Shown piece after piece: positions 1 to 9,935 of a stretch of DNA of 43,876 bases. Each line of letters begins with the position of its first letter. The first letter of the stretch is position 1. This DNA is from a virus (lineage: Duplodnaviria > Caudoviricetes): IMG/VR virus record IMGVR_UViG_3300037780_000078, positions 1-43,876 of that record. One strand, 5' to 3'. The notes under the pieces are model-generated. The model was not told the origin of the DNA. It did not search any database and saw nothing but the letters and a program-made list of their open reading frames with translations. The translations under genes were made by a program, and so were the position numbers.

Positions 1-2614
1 CGGCGGCGATCGCGTCGTCGAAGTCCGCCTGAGCCAGATAGGTCAGGGCAATGTCGGCCGCTGTGATGTAGTTCGTCGCCAGATCTGACTCGATCGCGTC
101 GATGTCGTCCTGGGCGTCAGAGATGTCCGACGTATTGCCAGCTACGTCTCCAGACAGAGAGACAAACGTGGCATTGCCAGACAGATCGTACGCAGCGATA
201 GCTGAGTCCACATCTGCCAGAGCAAGATAGGTGCCCTCGATCTCAGACGTGGTGCTGTAGTCTGAAGCTAGGAGATCCTCCAGGTCGCTGATGTCGCCAG
301 CATTGGTGGCAACATCGTCCGACAGACCAGAGAAGTCTGCGTTGGTGGCCAGGCTGATCAGCGCGACCGCGTCCTCCAGACCAGCCTGGGTCTGGAAGAT
401 GAGATCTGCCTCAGCAGCAGCGTAGAACTCGCCATCATCCAGCCGAGAAGACACTCCAATGATCAGACTCTCGACCCGAGCGTCCTCCAGCAACCTTCGG
501 CGACTCTCCGAGCGAACATCCGCCACCACAGCTGCGACATCTGCTGCCGTGGTCTGCATGGCATCAGCCAGATCACGAACGGTTCGGGCTCGCTCGGCAT
601 CAATCGCTGCAATCCGGTCAGCGATCTCCTGCGCCAGGTCACCCTGAGTGTCCAGGATGTCCTGCGCATTGTCCTCAGCCTCCTGCTCCACAACCTCGAG
701 CCGCGTGACCAACTCGTCCTGGTCCACACCCCCAACGGTCTCAGCTTCAACTGCAACTGGAACCACGTGACCAGCAGGGGCGGTGACCGCCACCCAGTCC
801 GTCCAGGAACCGGAGCGATCCCCCGCCACCAGCCTGGCTCGGACCCTGTAGTTCTCTGACGAGATGATACCGTCGCGAATCAGAGCACTGTCCGTCGACC
901 GAGGGTCAACTGTGCCCACATAGCGGGGGGAGGACTCGTCTGCGAGTTGGTACTCCACCTGAAGCCCAGTGACGCGAGGGTCAGTGACTGTGGTCCAGGA
1001 GACGGAGATGTTGGGTTCTTCCAGCGAACCGGACGTCTCCTGGACCGGCGACACAGAGAACCCGACCAGGTCTAGGTCTGGCAGAGCAGTCTCTGGCGTA
1101 GTGCCGACAGGGACATCAACCACGTCATTCTCGTCCCAGTCATCCTCAGCCGGATCTGCCTCGCGACCAATGATGGTCACGGACATGTCCCTGTTGATCA
1201 CCCTGTCAAGAACCTCGAAGGACTTGTTCGTCCAACCCCTCTTGGTGGACGTGACCCTGAAGAGATCGTACTGCTCGAGAACGATGGCTCGTCCGTCCGT
1301 GGTGAACCGAAACGATCCCTGCTTGCGGTATCGAGTGTAGACGATCTTGCTCAGACGCTGCACGCGCTCAGCATCGCGCTCGAACGGGAAGTTCTCTGTG
1401 GCTGTGTGCTCGACGCCCCCATCTGCAGTGACGTCAGCTCCCACCGAGTACCGAGGGTACTGGACTGACTGGTACTGGCTCCGAGGATCAGGGAACCGGC
1501 CCTCCACCACGTTGACCAGCTGGGAGGCAGGGACCTTCCTGGATGACATGATAGGTTGTACGTTCGAGAAGTCCTCGTCCGTGAAGTCCATGGACGAGCT
1601 TCGAGATGCAGCTGCACGCATGACCATGCGACCGCCTGACTCACCGAACTCGCCCACGCAGGAGGTCAGGAGGCGACGGATGGCATCAGAGTGCACCTCG
1701 TCAGCTGAGAAGGTGCCGTTGACCTCGTATCTCTTCTGTGTGCCACCACCCTGCAGATCCACATCCTCATCACACACCGATCGCTCAGACAGGTGATTCG
1801 TGATCGGGCGCATCGATGCTGCCAGACCCACACCGAACACTCTGTGGCCATTGATCTCCCACCCGAGCAGGTAGTTGTCGAGGATGGTGGAGGGGTTAGT
1901 ACTGGGTTCCCAAGTTGTGGGGTCATCATACCGGTGGGAGCCCGAGCCACCAGCCGTTGAGTCCAGGGCCCGGTCGTAGACCCGAGCAGCCCCCTCGACC
2001 TCCCAGAGAAACGACGGCATGCCCGACTCGTAGACATCAGGGTTCCAGTCCATCTCGACGATCACGTAGGAGACGCCCCGGCCCCTGTGGTTGGTGGTCC
2101 ACCGACCGCCAGAGGCTGACACCAGATTGGAGTCAGCCACCTGGTCGGATCTGCCATCGTACCAGGTGACCCACATGTGATCGACACCACCGGCTCGATA
2201 CTCGGGAACAGCAGTGCGAACACCATGGGTGGACGGCACAGTGATCGCGGATCCGTTGGCCCAGGCTCCGGACAGACCCTGGCACTCGTGGTCTGCCAGA
2301 GCCAGAACCATGTGGAGCTTCTTGTTCTTGTTTCCCGACAGGTGCCAGAACACGAGAGAACCACCAGTGGCATCTGTTCCGAAGATGAACTTCCTGGGTT
2401 CAGTGGGATTCACCGACAGACGTAGATTGGCACCCTGGTCCTCGAACCCAGGCACCTTCCGCCTGGTCGCAGCATTGATCGCTGTTGTGATGGCCAGCGT
2501 GGTGATGGTCTTGCCGATGGTCGTGGTGAGCAGGGCTGTGCCGATGCCCTTCGCCGAGATGGTGGCGATGAACGTCGAGACTGCCTTGGCTACTATGGGG
2601 ACTGCCTGAGGCAC
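1..2614 (-). CDS. Tail tip / host-specificity (lambda J-like) protein, N-terminal part; continues across the window junction at 43876
   Basis: GTG at 2614 overlaps the upstream TAG and gives MPQAVPIVAKAVSTFIATISAKG...EPRKFIFGTDATGGSLVFW...LADHEC. Both ends that I translated (near 2614 and 481-1) are in the same frame. It is absent from the ORF track, as expected if no stop is reached. Lies after Dit/hub/NlpC-like genes. Confidence 0.85.
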   Translation of the reverse strand, partial: MPQAVPIVAKAVSTFIATISAKGIGTALLTTTIGKTITTLAITTAINAATRRKVPGFEDQGANLRLSVNPTEPRKFIFGTDATGGSLVFWHLSGNKNKKLHMVLALADHECQGLSGAWANGSAITVPSTHGVRTAVPEYRAGGVDHMWVTWYDGRSDQVADSNLVSASGGRWTTNHRGRGVSYVIVEMDWNPDVYESGMPSFLWEVEGAARVYDRALDSTAGGSGSHRYDDPTTWEPSTNPSTILDNYLLGWEINGHRVFGVGLAASMRPITNHLSERSVCDEDVDLQGGGTQKRYEVNGTFSADEVHSDAIRRLLTSCVGEFGESGGRMVMRAAASRSSSMDFTDEDFSNVQPIMSSRKVPASQLVNVVEGRFPDPRSQYQSVQYPRYSVGADVTADGGVEHTATENFPFERDAERVQRLSKIVYTRYRKQGSFRFTTDGRAIVLEQYDLFRVTSTKRGWTNKSFEVLDRVINRDMSVTIIGREADPAEDDWDENDVVDVPVGTTPETALPDLDLVGFSVSPVQETSGSLEEPNISVSWTTVTDPRVTGLQVEYQLADESSPRYVGTVDPRSTDSALIRDGIISSENYRVRARLVAGDRSGSWTDWVAVTAPAGHVVPVAVEAETVGGVDQDELVTRLEVVEQEAEDNAQDILDTQGDLAQEIADRIAAIDAERARTVRDLADAMQTTAADVAAVVADVRSESRRRLLEDARVESLIIGVSSRLDDGEFYAAAEADLIFQTQAGLEDAVALISLATNADFSGLSDDVATNAGDISDLEDLLASDYSTTSEIEGTYLALADVDSAIAAYDLSGNATFVSLSGDVAGNTSDISDAQDDIDAIESDLATNYITAADIALTYLAQADFDDAIAA

Positions 2615-3012
2615 TAGCCAACCCTCCAGAACGCGACGCCATCCGTCAGAGACACACGGACCAACCCGCTGTCACCCAGGCCGACAATGTCACCTCTGTC
2701 CACGATCCCGAGCCACCCCTGGCCCCCAACCAGAGCAACGTCCCCACGTCGCGCCTCGGGCAGTGCCACCCGCTGCAGACCGCTGCAGGCGTCCACAGCC
2801 TCCTCCAGTGACGCAAAGCCCGCCGCTACTAGCGCCCTAGCCGCGCTACCGTGTGTCACCAGGAGGTGATCCCAGTCCGATAGGAGGTCACCACCGGTCC
2901 GCTGCTCCACCCACTTGCCTGCCACGTGGGCGCAGTTGAGCTCCAGCTCACTGAACCTGCGTTCACCCAGTGAGTTGATGTACTCGGACAGCTGTGAGCC
3001 TCGATTGGTCAA
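2614..3012 (-). CDS. NlpC/P60-like tail assembly protein (DUF6950-like)
   Basis: 132 aa; NCAHVAGKWVE and RRGDVALV..WLGIV motifs; immediately upstream of the tail-tip gene. Confidence 0.65.
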   Translation of the reverse strand: MTNRGSQLSEYINSLGERRFSELELNCAHVAGKWVEQRTGGDLLSDWDHLLVTHGSAARALVAAGFASLEEAVDACSGLQRVALPEARRGDVALVGGQGWLGIVDRGDIVGLGDSGLVRVSLTDGVAFWRVG

Positions 3013-3668
3013 CGCAGCCTCGCATCAGAGTTCACACCACCGCGGGACGACCCCCCGCCACCCCCAGCTCTCTCAGGACCACGACCCCATGCGATCTCGA
3101 CCACACCAGCTGTGGGGGTGTACTCGAAGAACTTGTCTCCGCTGTACAGCTCCTGCTGGTCTGCGTCAGATCGAGTACGCATGGTGCGTCTTGTGAACCA
3201 GCGCGCCCCAGACTCTGCCTGGATGACCAGCTTGTTGTTGTCGGAGTCGTCACGATCCATGACGTCCATGAGACCAGCAAACACGGGAACGACACCGATG
3301 ACATGAGCGTCGCCCCGGCTGATGTCCAGGATCACCTCTCGGATCCAGATCTCACGCTGGTGCCAGGTGGCGGACTCGAGCTCAGTCAGAAGAGAGCTCG
3401 GGTCAGACAGCATGTTGGCGTCCACAGTGATCTTCACGCCATTGGACGACAGAGCCGGTCCAGATCTCAGAGCTTCGATCGTGACCAACTCACCCATCGG
3501 GTTGTAGGTCTCGTCGGTCTCACCAGACTTGGGGCCATCATAGGTGAGCTGGGTGAAGTCGTCCCAGAAGCGAACGGCACCCTCGTCAGGGTACGCATCA
3601 ATCAGGGTTCGAACGGCATAGAGGCCCGAGGCGAGAGCAGCCTGGCCCTCAGTTGAGAGAGGCACCAT
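3009..3668 (-). CDS. Minor tail / baseplate hub protein
   Basis: 219 aa; FAGLMDVMD...RTRSDADQQELYSGDKFFEY motif typical of siphovirus minor tail proteins; synteny. Confidence 0.7.
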   Translation of the reverse strand: MVPLSTEGQAALASGLYAVRTLIDAYPDEGAVRFWDDFTQLTYDGPKSGETDETYNPMGELVTIEALRSGPALSSNGVKITVDANMLSDPSSLLTELESATWHQREIWIREVILDISRGDAHVIGVVPVFAGLMDVMDRDDSDNNKLVIQAESGARWFTRRTMRTRSDADQQELYSGDKFFEYTPTAGVVEIAWGRGPERAGGGGGSSRGGVNSDARLR

Positions 3669-3669
3669 G

Positions 3670-4296
3670 TCAGACCCCCACCACCTGATAGGCCGAGAGC
3701 ACTACTCGTCGGGTGCGCTGACGCTGTAGAGACTGCTCAGGGCGATAGCTGTCGGGTACCAGTCTAGCCAGCATGCGGGCTCCTGTGAGGAGAGGGGCGG
3801 GGGAGGATGCGTGTGGTGTCACGGGAGCCGGGTAGACCTGAGCCGTGACCGTACCCGGACCCGCCACTGTGGCGTTCGTGTCCACCATCCCAAAGTACAA
3901 ACCCCCAGACTCCGTCGTGTATGAGACGGTGTCGCCGGCAGTGAGGACGAAGGTGGGTGTCATACCACTGAGCGTGATCGTTCTGTTCTCAGCGTCAACT
4001 GAGTCCAGCACTGGGGTTCCGTAGCTGGCGCCAGCGGCAGGGACCCTCCGCAGAGGGTCCCCATGCGAGACTGTGAACGCCACCTGCTGGCCCCGGCTTC
4101 GAGCAATGAACGCCTCCCACTGCTGCATCTCCGCAGAGGAGAGAACTCGGGTTCGGATCTCAGGCAGGGTCCAGATGGTCCGACCTGTCTCTGCCACGGT
4201 GACAGCTCCAGATGCAAGCGGGGTGCTGGACTGGCTCTCCCTGGGTACAGGGAAGCACGACACGATGCCCGGCAGGTCGTTGAGGTGGTCCACCAT
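3670..4296 (-). CDS. Distal tail (Dit-like) protein
   Basis: 208 aa directly after the tape measure gene; WEAFIARSRG and LTAGDTVSY motifs. Confidence 0.65.
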   Translation of the reverse strand: MVDHLNDLPGIVSCFPVPRESQSSTPLASGAVTVAETGRTIWTLPEIRTRVLSSAEMQQWEAFIARSRGQQVAFTVSHGDPLRRVPAAGASYGTPVLDSVDAENRTITLSGMTPTFVLTAGDTVSYTTESGGLYFGMVDTNATVAGPGTVTAQVYPAPVTPHASSPAPLLTGARMLARLVPDSYRPEQSLQRQRTRRVVLSAYQVVGV

Positions 4297-6671
4297 CAGT
4301 AGGTCCCCCTGTCGAACTGGTCCATGACACGAGCGTCGATCTCACCCGGCAGAGCCGACATGATCGAGTCAACTGTCTGCTGTCTGTTCTGCTCGAGCAT
4401 CTGCTGGAGCTTCTCCTGCTGCTCCTCACTCGTCCCGTAGAAGTGGGCCGAGACCGGGTTGCTGATCACAATGGAGCGAGAGCCACCGCCACTGGGGACA
4501 ATCGTACCGGAGACGGCCGGGATGAACTGCTCCGGGCCTCTCTCACCAACGATGTACGACATGCCAGCCTGCACAGCGCCACCCATGGCCTTGAAACCGC
4601 CGAAGACAGTCGAGGCAACAGATGCGACTGTTGAGCCGATGTTGCCACCACCACCTTTGGAGGTTCCCGTCATCGAACTGAAGATCTCACGGAAGGACTG
4701 GGCCAGCCAGTCCTCCAGCTGGCTCATCGAGTCCTCAATAAACACACGGTAGAGAAGGCGACGGAAGAACTGTCCGAAGTTCTCCATGATGTTCTCGAAG
4801 TCACCGCGAACAAACGCATCCTCAATCGTCTTGCTGATGGAGTCACCCATCTCCGAGAATGCATCGGTGATCTCCTCGGCCTCATCCTTGGCCTTCTCGG
4901 ACAGCTTGTCCATCCGGTCCTCGGCGCGGTCGAATGCCTCCTCCGTCGCGTACAACTCCTCAGCGAGCTCTCGCGCCTCCTCCCGAGTTCCCGCATACCC
5001 GTCGGACAGAATGTTGAGCGTGCGGCTGACGATCTCATACTCCCGCCTCGAGACGGACATCGCCTCGGTAAGCTCGCGAGTGGCCTCGATCTCCTCCCGC
5101 ACGGACTCGACAGCTTCCTGGTGGGCACGCTGCTGTCTGGGCGTGAGGGAACCCCCACGCGCCTCGTCCATTGCCTCCCTGATCCTGCGAAGGGTGTCTG
5201 CTGCACTCTCAGCGGCGATCGCTGCTGTGTCGGGCAGGTCGGCGATCTGTGCCTCCAGCTGGGCGATGAGGGAGGAGTTCTCCTCGAGGCTCTCATTGGC
5301 TGCCCGCAGAGCAGTCTCTGCTCTGCGCAGACGACCAGCATTCTGCATGTCCTGCTCACGCGAGCGGGGGTCCATGCTCATGTCCCGCATCGCCCGTGTC
5401 TCGTAGGACCTGGCAGCCTCGGCCTGCTGCCGCGCCAGCTCCAGTGAGGCCTGCAGCCTGGTGCGAATGGCCAGCGCTGTCTGCAGCTGGGCCTCAGCCT
5501 CCTCTCGCGTTCCAGGGGTAGCCACTGCCTGCAGGGCTGTCTGCTCGGCAATGGCATCGGAGAGATCCCCGTAGGCTCCTGCAGCAACACCGTTGTTGGC
5601 AGCCACAACCAGGAATACACCAGCCAGTGCAGTCAGACCAGCAGTGAGCCAGCCCACCGGACCGAGGGAAACCTGAACAGCCAGAGAGAACGCGCGGACA
5701 GCAGCAGCGAGGCGAGGCAGAAGCATGATGAGTTGACCCACAGATGAGACCAGGGTCCCCAGGACAATCAGCAGCGGACCAACCGCTGCCACGACCAGGC
5801 CAACCTGGACGATGGTGGACTGGAGCTCTGGTGAGAGAGAGCTGAAGCCCTCGGCCAGAGACGAGATCGTCTCCGTGAGCTCGAGCGCAATCGGCATGAG
5901 GTGCTGACCCAGCTCCACCGATGCCTCTCTGAGGTCGGACATCATCCCTCGCCACTGGTTGGCGAACGAGTCCACTGTGCGGGCAGCGTCCCCCTGGGCA
6001 TCGGTGGTAGACCGCAGAATGATCTGGAGTCGGGCGAGCATCTTCTCCTGCTCGGAGGCAGCCTGCGTGCCTCCGGCGATGCCCATGTTGAACAGCTCCT
6101 GGTTCAGGGTTGCCTCGGTAATGGACACCCCAAACCGGCGGACCGCCTCGTGGTTGCCGACAATCGCCGAGGTCAGTAGTGTCGCAGTCTCCTCCTCGGC
6201 CGTGTTATTGAAGGACGCCAGATCCACCGTGAGTTCGGTCAGAATACGGCTGAGGTCGGCTGCCTGGTCACGCGCGAACCCCATCGGGACGAACGTGTCC
6301 TGGAACATGGAGAGATACGCCTGGAGATCGTACGTGGAGCGGTTGACCGCCTCGCCATGGGCGTCTGCCCACTCCTCCACCTGTGCGGACAGGTCGCCGA
6401 ACACAACGGAGAACTTGGACTGCATCTCCTCGACGTCGGACGCGGCCATGACAGCCGCAGCACCGATACCGACCAGAGGAAGGGTGACGAACGTGGTCAG
6501 GCGTCGACCGACACCCTCCAGGCCCTGGCCAATGCGCTGAAGATTCTGGCCAATCTTGCGGGCAGACTCGGCTGCCTCGCGCTCAATCTTGTCCAGCCCC
6601 TCCTCGAACTCAGTCGTGTCGGCAGCGATCGCAACGAACAGACGCTCAAGGAGGGAACCAAACTCACCCAT
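4296..6671 (-). CDS. Tape measure protein
   Basis: 791 aa, Ala-rich and helical; DLASFNN repeat motif, hydrophobic centre, C-terminal AMGGAV..YIVGERGPEQFIP motif. Confidence 0.93.
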   Translation of the reverse strand: MGEFGSLLERLFVAIAADTTEFEEGLDKIEREAAESARKIGQNLQRIGQGLEGVGRRLTTFVTLPLVGIGAAAVMAASDVEEMQSKFSVVFGDLSAQVEEWADAHGEAVNRSTYDLQAYLSMFQDTFVPMGFARDQAADLSRILTELTVDLASFNNTAEEETATLLTSAIVGNHEAVRRFGVSITEATLNQELFNMGIAGGTQAASEQEKMLARLQIILRSTTDAQGDAARTVDSFANQWRGMMSDLREASVELGQHLMPIALELTETISSLAEGFSSLSPELQSTIVQVGLVVAAVGPLLIVLGTLVSSVGQLIMLLPRLAAAVRAFSLAVQVSLGPVGWLTAGLTALAGVFLVVAANNGVAAGAYGDLSDAIAEQTALQAVATPGTREEAEAQLQTALAIRTRLQASLELARQQAEAARSYETRAMRDMSMDPRSREQDMQNAGRLRRAETALRAANESLEENSSLIAQLEAQIADLPDTAAIAAESAADTLRRIREAMDEARGGSLTPRQQRAHQEAVESVREEIEATRELTEAMSVSRREYEIVSRTLNILSDGYAGTREEARELAEELYATEEAFDRAEDRMDKLSEKAKDEAEEITDAFSEMGDSISKTIEDAFVRGDFENIMENFGQFFRRLLYRVFIEDSMSQLEDWLAQSFREIFSSMTGTSKGGGGNIGSTVASVASTVFGGFKAMGGAVQAGMSYIVGERGPEQFIPAVSGTIVPSGGGSRSIVISNPVSAHFYGTSEEQQEKLQQMLEQNRQQTVDSIMSALPGEIDARVMDQFDRGTY

Positions 6672-6837
6672 AGACCTGCTTCTCCAGTTCCAGGACCCGC
6701 GCCAGAGTCATGGGCGGCTCCACATCACCATCGAGCCCCTCCCCGGCTCTCCCCTGAACCAGCATGGTCCACTCGACCATGCTCATGGCCCAGAAGTCAG
6801 TGGGCCGGATGCCGAGTTGCCCGAAGGCTAGCCTCAT
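6664..6837 (-). CDS. Small tail assembly chaperone (GTA g10.1-like; 'T' frame)
   Basis: Hand-translated: MRLAFGQLGIRPTDFWAMSMVEW...EKQVYG* (57 aa). LG..P..FW..S..E motif; ATGA overlap with the upstream gene. Confidence 0.75.
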   Translation of the reverse strand: MRLAFGQLGIRPTDFWAMSMVEWTMLVQGRAGEGLDGDVEPPMTLARVLELEKQVYG

Positions 6838-7229
6838 CCACTGAGGCCAGGGAGTTCCGCCTCGGGATCCGGCTGAACCTCCCCCGGCTCAACTGTCTCC
6901 CCCTTCCTGTCGGAGAGGGCGGGGGAGGACTGGTTGGCGAGGGAACGCTTGAAGACCTGCTCGATCGTCTTCTGGAGACCACTGAGGTCGAGCTCCATTG
7001 CGTACAGATCCCGCTCAGTGACGTCCTGGTTACCACCACCATGGATCAGTGCGAGCAGTACTGCAATCAGGTGGCGTACCTTCGGCTTTGCGAACACTTC
7101 CGAGATCTTCGTGATGTCGTCGATCTCGAGCTTGTCCTCGATCTCAGCGAGCGCCCCCAGAGTCAGACAGAGTCGGTACTCCGTCTGACCCACTCTCAGG
7201 GACACCTCACCGCGTGCGCTGTTAACCAT
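6834..7229 (-). CDS. Tail assembly chaperone (GTA gp10-like)
   Basis: MVNSARGEVSL...RLCLTLGALAEIE, characteristic of the GTA gp10 family. Confidence 0.85.
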   Translation of the reverse strand: MVNSARGEVSLRVGQTEYRLCLTLGALAEIEDKLEIDDITKISEVFAKPKVRHLIAVLLALIHGGGNQDVTERDLYAMELDLSGLQKTIEQVFKRSLANQSSPALSDRKGETVEPGEVQPDPEAELPGLSG

Positions 7230-7239
7230 GTCGTCCCTC

Positions 7240-7647
7240 CTAGACGTCGGCGATGGTCAGAGCACCAGCGGACTCGAGGGTCATGGAGAAGGACACCTCA
7301 CCCTCATGACCACCGCTGGACTCGTAGTTGGTGATGATGAAGTCACCGGTGATGGTCTTGAAGCCCGGAATGGTGAGCTCGTACTCGACCGCAGTGGCAC
7401 CCGCGAAGTCATCGAACAGGTCACCCTCGACGGCAGCTGCCTTGAGGACACCCTGGCCAGAGACCGACAGCGAGCGCAGATTGGCGCCTGCCAGCAGCTC
7501 ACGCCAGAGCGAGCTGTCCGAGTCAGAGACATCGGTGGTGCCGACGCTGAACGCGATGCGCTTCGAGCGCAGTGCGCCAATCGTGGTGTGACCCCCGGCC
7601 CCGTCGTCGCGGGCGATGAGGATCTCCTTACCCTTCTGTGCTGCCAT
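7240..7647 (-). CDS. Major tail tube protein (GTA/TP901-1 family)
   Basis: MAAQKGKEIL...WRELLAGA...SVSGQGV...GEVSFSMTLESAG. Confidence 0.9.
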   Translation of the reverse strand: MAAQKGKEILIARDDGAGGHTTIGALRSKRIAFSVGTTDVSDSDSSLWRELLAGANLRSLSVSGQGVLKAAAVEGDLFDDFAGATAVEYELTIPGFKTITGDFIITNYESSGGHEGEVSFSMTLESAGALTIADV

Positions 7648-7648
7648 C

Positions 7649-8068
7649 TTAGTTCTCCTCTATGAGAGCACGCATCTCGAGGATGCCTCGCCGGATGGTT
7701 CCGACACCCTCACGGTAGATCTGCCGACCAACTTCCTCAAGGGTGACGAGGTTGTAGCCATCGGCCGACAGATCAAGGTCTGTGTCTCTGAGCGCCAGCC
7801 AGGACAGGTTCAGCAGGTTGGCCACCTGGAACTTCCCCTCGACATTGGTCCAGAAGTCGAGTCTCGTTATAACGCGCGAGCCCCGGTATGAGCTAGTGTC
7901 CCAGGGCTGGATGTACGCCTCAGCAAAGACACCGTATGGGTAGGACTTGTTGGGTGGTGGCTCATCGAACAGAGCCATGTCATCACCTGACCCCAGGATG
8001 GCCTGGATCTCGGATGATGCCAGCAGAGTCGTGAGCATCGCAGTCTGCAGAGAGATCTCCATACTCAT
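7649..8068 (-). CDS. Tail completion protein (DUF3168)
   Basis: LQTAML..L, FDEPP...YPY, RLDFW, RRGILEMRALIE; synteny. Confidence 0.8.
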   Translation of the reverse strand: MSMEISLQTAMLTTLLASSEIQAILGSGDDMALFDEPPPNKSYPYGVFAEAYIQPWDTSSYRGSRVITRLDFWTNVEGKFQVANLLNLSWLALRDTDLDLSADGYNLVTLEEVGRQIYREGVGTIRRGILEMRALIEEN

Positions 8069-8529
8069 GTCGTGATCCTCCAGATCTGGTGGAAGGTGGC
8101 AGTGGCCTCGGCCCTCTTCTCCGACAGGGCGCGACGCATGAACGGACGGGGGTTGATGTTCTCAGTCCCGTACTCGAGGGGGCGTGCATGGACGGCCGAG
8201 GCGTAGATCTCGACGACCAGGTCGGCATCTCTGACGTTGGTGCCGATGCTAGCGACGAGCTCGCCCGTGTCTGTGGCTGGGGCCTCGTTCCCTTCGCCTG
8301 ATACACTTGAGCCCCTGGAGGCCTGGTGGATGCGGTTGGGGTTGTACTTGCGGTACACCCTGCCCGTGGCAGGACCCCGCTGGACGAGCATCTTCGCATG
8401 GCCCTCAACAACCATGCCAGAGGCGTGCAGAGCAGCGATCACTCGGCCCCTGGCCTGCATCTTCTCCCTGCGAACTGCCAGACGGAGACGGTCGATGCCA
8501 ATGAGACGAGTGGTGACCCTGATGGACAT
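8065..8529 (-). CDS. HK97 gp10-like neck/morphogenesis protein
   Basis: HQAS..GNEAPATDTGELVASI...LEYGT.NINPRPFMRRA; start taken at the TGATG overlap. Confidence 0.85.
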   Translation of the reverse strand: MSIRVTTRLIGIDRLRLAVRREKMQARGRVIAALHASGMVVEGHAKMLVQRGPATGRVYRKYNPNRIHQASRGSSVSGEGNEAPATDTGELVASIGTNVRDADLVVEIYASAVHARPLEYGTENINPRPFMRRALSEKRAEATATFHQIWRITT

Positions 8530-8855
8530 CAGTCCGTCTCCACTGTCTCCCGGCAGACCAGATGCCACCAGACTCCGTCCTCTCTCGGATCGAAGGCTGC
8601 CTCGACGTAGAACGTCCGGCTGCCGTAGACCACACGCATCCCGGAGCGCGCCTGCGAGGGCTGACGGACCACGATCACGTGGCTGATCACCTGCTCTCCT
8701 CGAGCGTACCGCTCTACCAGCCTAGCCGACGCGGGCTGTATGTCACTCCACACCGACTGGAGCGTACTCCAGGACGTGTCGAACCCCCCGTCCGCCCGCT
8801 TGGTGCGTGAGGGGCTCTGGATCGTGACGAACTTGTCAATGACACCCGCCCTCAC
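8529..8855 (-). CDS. Head closure / head-tail adaptor
   Basis: MRAG.IDK.VTIQ...DGGFDTSW...VWSDI...GMRVVYGSRTF; GTGA overlap start. Confidence 0.85.
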   Translation of the reverse strand: MRAGVIDKFVTIQSPSRTKRADGGFDTSWSTLQSVWSDIQPASARLVERYARGEQVISHVIVVRQPSQARSGMRVVYGSRTFYVEAAFDPREDGVWWHLVCRETVETD

Positions 8856-9415
8856 AACCGCATCTCCCGCCACCCCTCCAGCAGAGACCGAGCTGTCATG
8901 GGAACATCTGCTACGATGGTTCCAGTGACAGAGATACCTCTGTTGGCATGCCAGTGGGCGACCATCTGCATGATGGCCAGCTTGATGTCCTGGGGACAGT
9001 CGTCCGCCTCGTACCCAGCCTCATACACGACCTGGGTCGCCGCAAACGCTGGGGCCGGAACACCCCATGTCACGACAGACGGGAACTCGACCACATTCGT
9101 GCCCGGAACCAGCGAGTAGAGAGACGAGCTGATGGCGGTGAAAGAACCACCCTCCGCCCGCTTGCTCACTGACGTCACCGAGACAGCAGGAGGGCGGGGG
9201 AGGGTGAGTTTGTCCAGGGGAGGACTGTCCAGGGTGAGGGTGATCGTCTGGGGCGCGAGGGAGCGTCCAGTGATCTTCTCGGCCTCCTGGCGGGCCGAGG
9301 TGATCAGGTCCGTGAGGAGGGAGTCCTCGTTGTCTGCGGTGATCCTCAGGTGAGCCTTGACATCGTCAAGTTCCACCGGCTCAGTCACAGGGGCAGTCGT
9401 GACACGGATCTCCAC
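8852..9415 (-). CDS. Head-tail connector (gp6/gp15-like)
   Basis: PVTEPVELDDVKAHLRI...EDSLLTDLITSAR..AE...PQDIKLAIMQMVAHWHANR. Confidence 0.9.
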   Translation of the reverse strand: MEIRVTTAPVTEPVELDDVKAHLRITADNEDSLLTDLITSARQEAEKITGRSLAPQTITLTLDSPPLDKLTLPRPPAVSVTSVSKRAEGGSFTAISSSLYSLVPGTNVVEFPSVVTWGVPAPAFAATQVVYEAGYEADDCPQDIKLAIMQMVAHWHANRGISVTGTIVADVPMTARSLLEGWREMRL

Positions 9416-9451
9416 AGGAGAACTCCCTCACCTGATCGCCGGCAGAGCCGA

Positions 9452-9874
9452 CTACGAAGGACGCTTGTCCAGGAGCTCCCGGATGGCCATGATGCCGATG
9501 GGCATGGCCGCGTCGTTGCTGGTCGGGGTGACCGTGATGCGGACGTAGGGCTTGGGACCCACATAGCCGATGGAGCGGGTCTCACCGTCATCGGCCTGGG
9601 TGAAGCCCGCAGCCGCCTCGGTGCCGTTCAGCATCGTGTCGGGGACAGCGGCCCAGGACGAGTCGTCGACCGTGCCGTCGGCCTCAGCGTCGGCATGCTC
9701 GATGAGCACGGTACCCGTGATGGCAGTGGCTGCCATGGTGCCGAGAACCATGGCGAACATGACCGAGCGGGCGTTGCGAAGATCGATCTCGCTGGAGACG
9801 ATCGCCGTGGCATCAGTGGGAGCCGACGCGTTGATGTACGTCAGATCCATGTTGTTCTTGATATCGCGAAGCAT
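9452..9874 (-). CDS. Putative capsid decoration / virion protein
   Basis: 140 aa beta-rich ORF directly downstream of the capsid gene; IGYVGPKPYVRI motif. Confidence 0.55.
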   Translation of the reverse strand: MLRDIKNNMDLTYINASAPTDATAIVSSEIDLRNARSVMFAMVLGTMAATAITGTVLIEHADAEADGTVDDSSWAAVPDTMLNGTEAAAGFTQADDGETRSIGYVGPKPYVRITVTPTSNDAAMPIGIMAIRELLDKRPS

Positions 9875-9902
9875 TGTGCTTCCTCCAGTCAGAGTTTCAG
9901 TT

Positions 9903-9926
9903 GGACCCGGCCGACTGGCCGGGTCC
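9903..9926 (-). terminator. GC hairpin after the major capsid gene (attenuator/stabiliser)
   Basis: GGACCCGGCC-GACT-GGCCGGGTCC perfect 10 bp stem; no U-tract. Confidence 0.5.
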
Positions 9927-9935
9927 AGGTCCGGA

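Noticed and set aside
1-2100. Apparent abundance of GANTC (CcrM) sites
   Set aside because: A rough count of about 10 in 2 kb is close to random expectation; needs a genome-wide calculation
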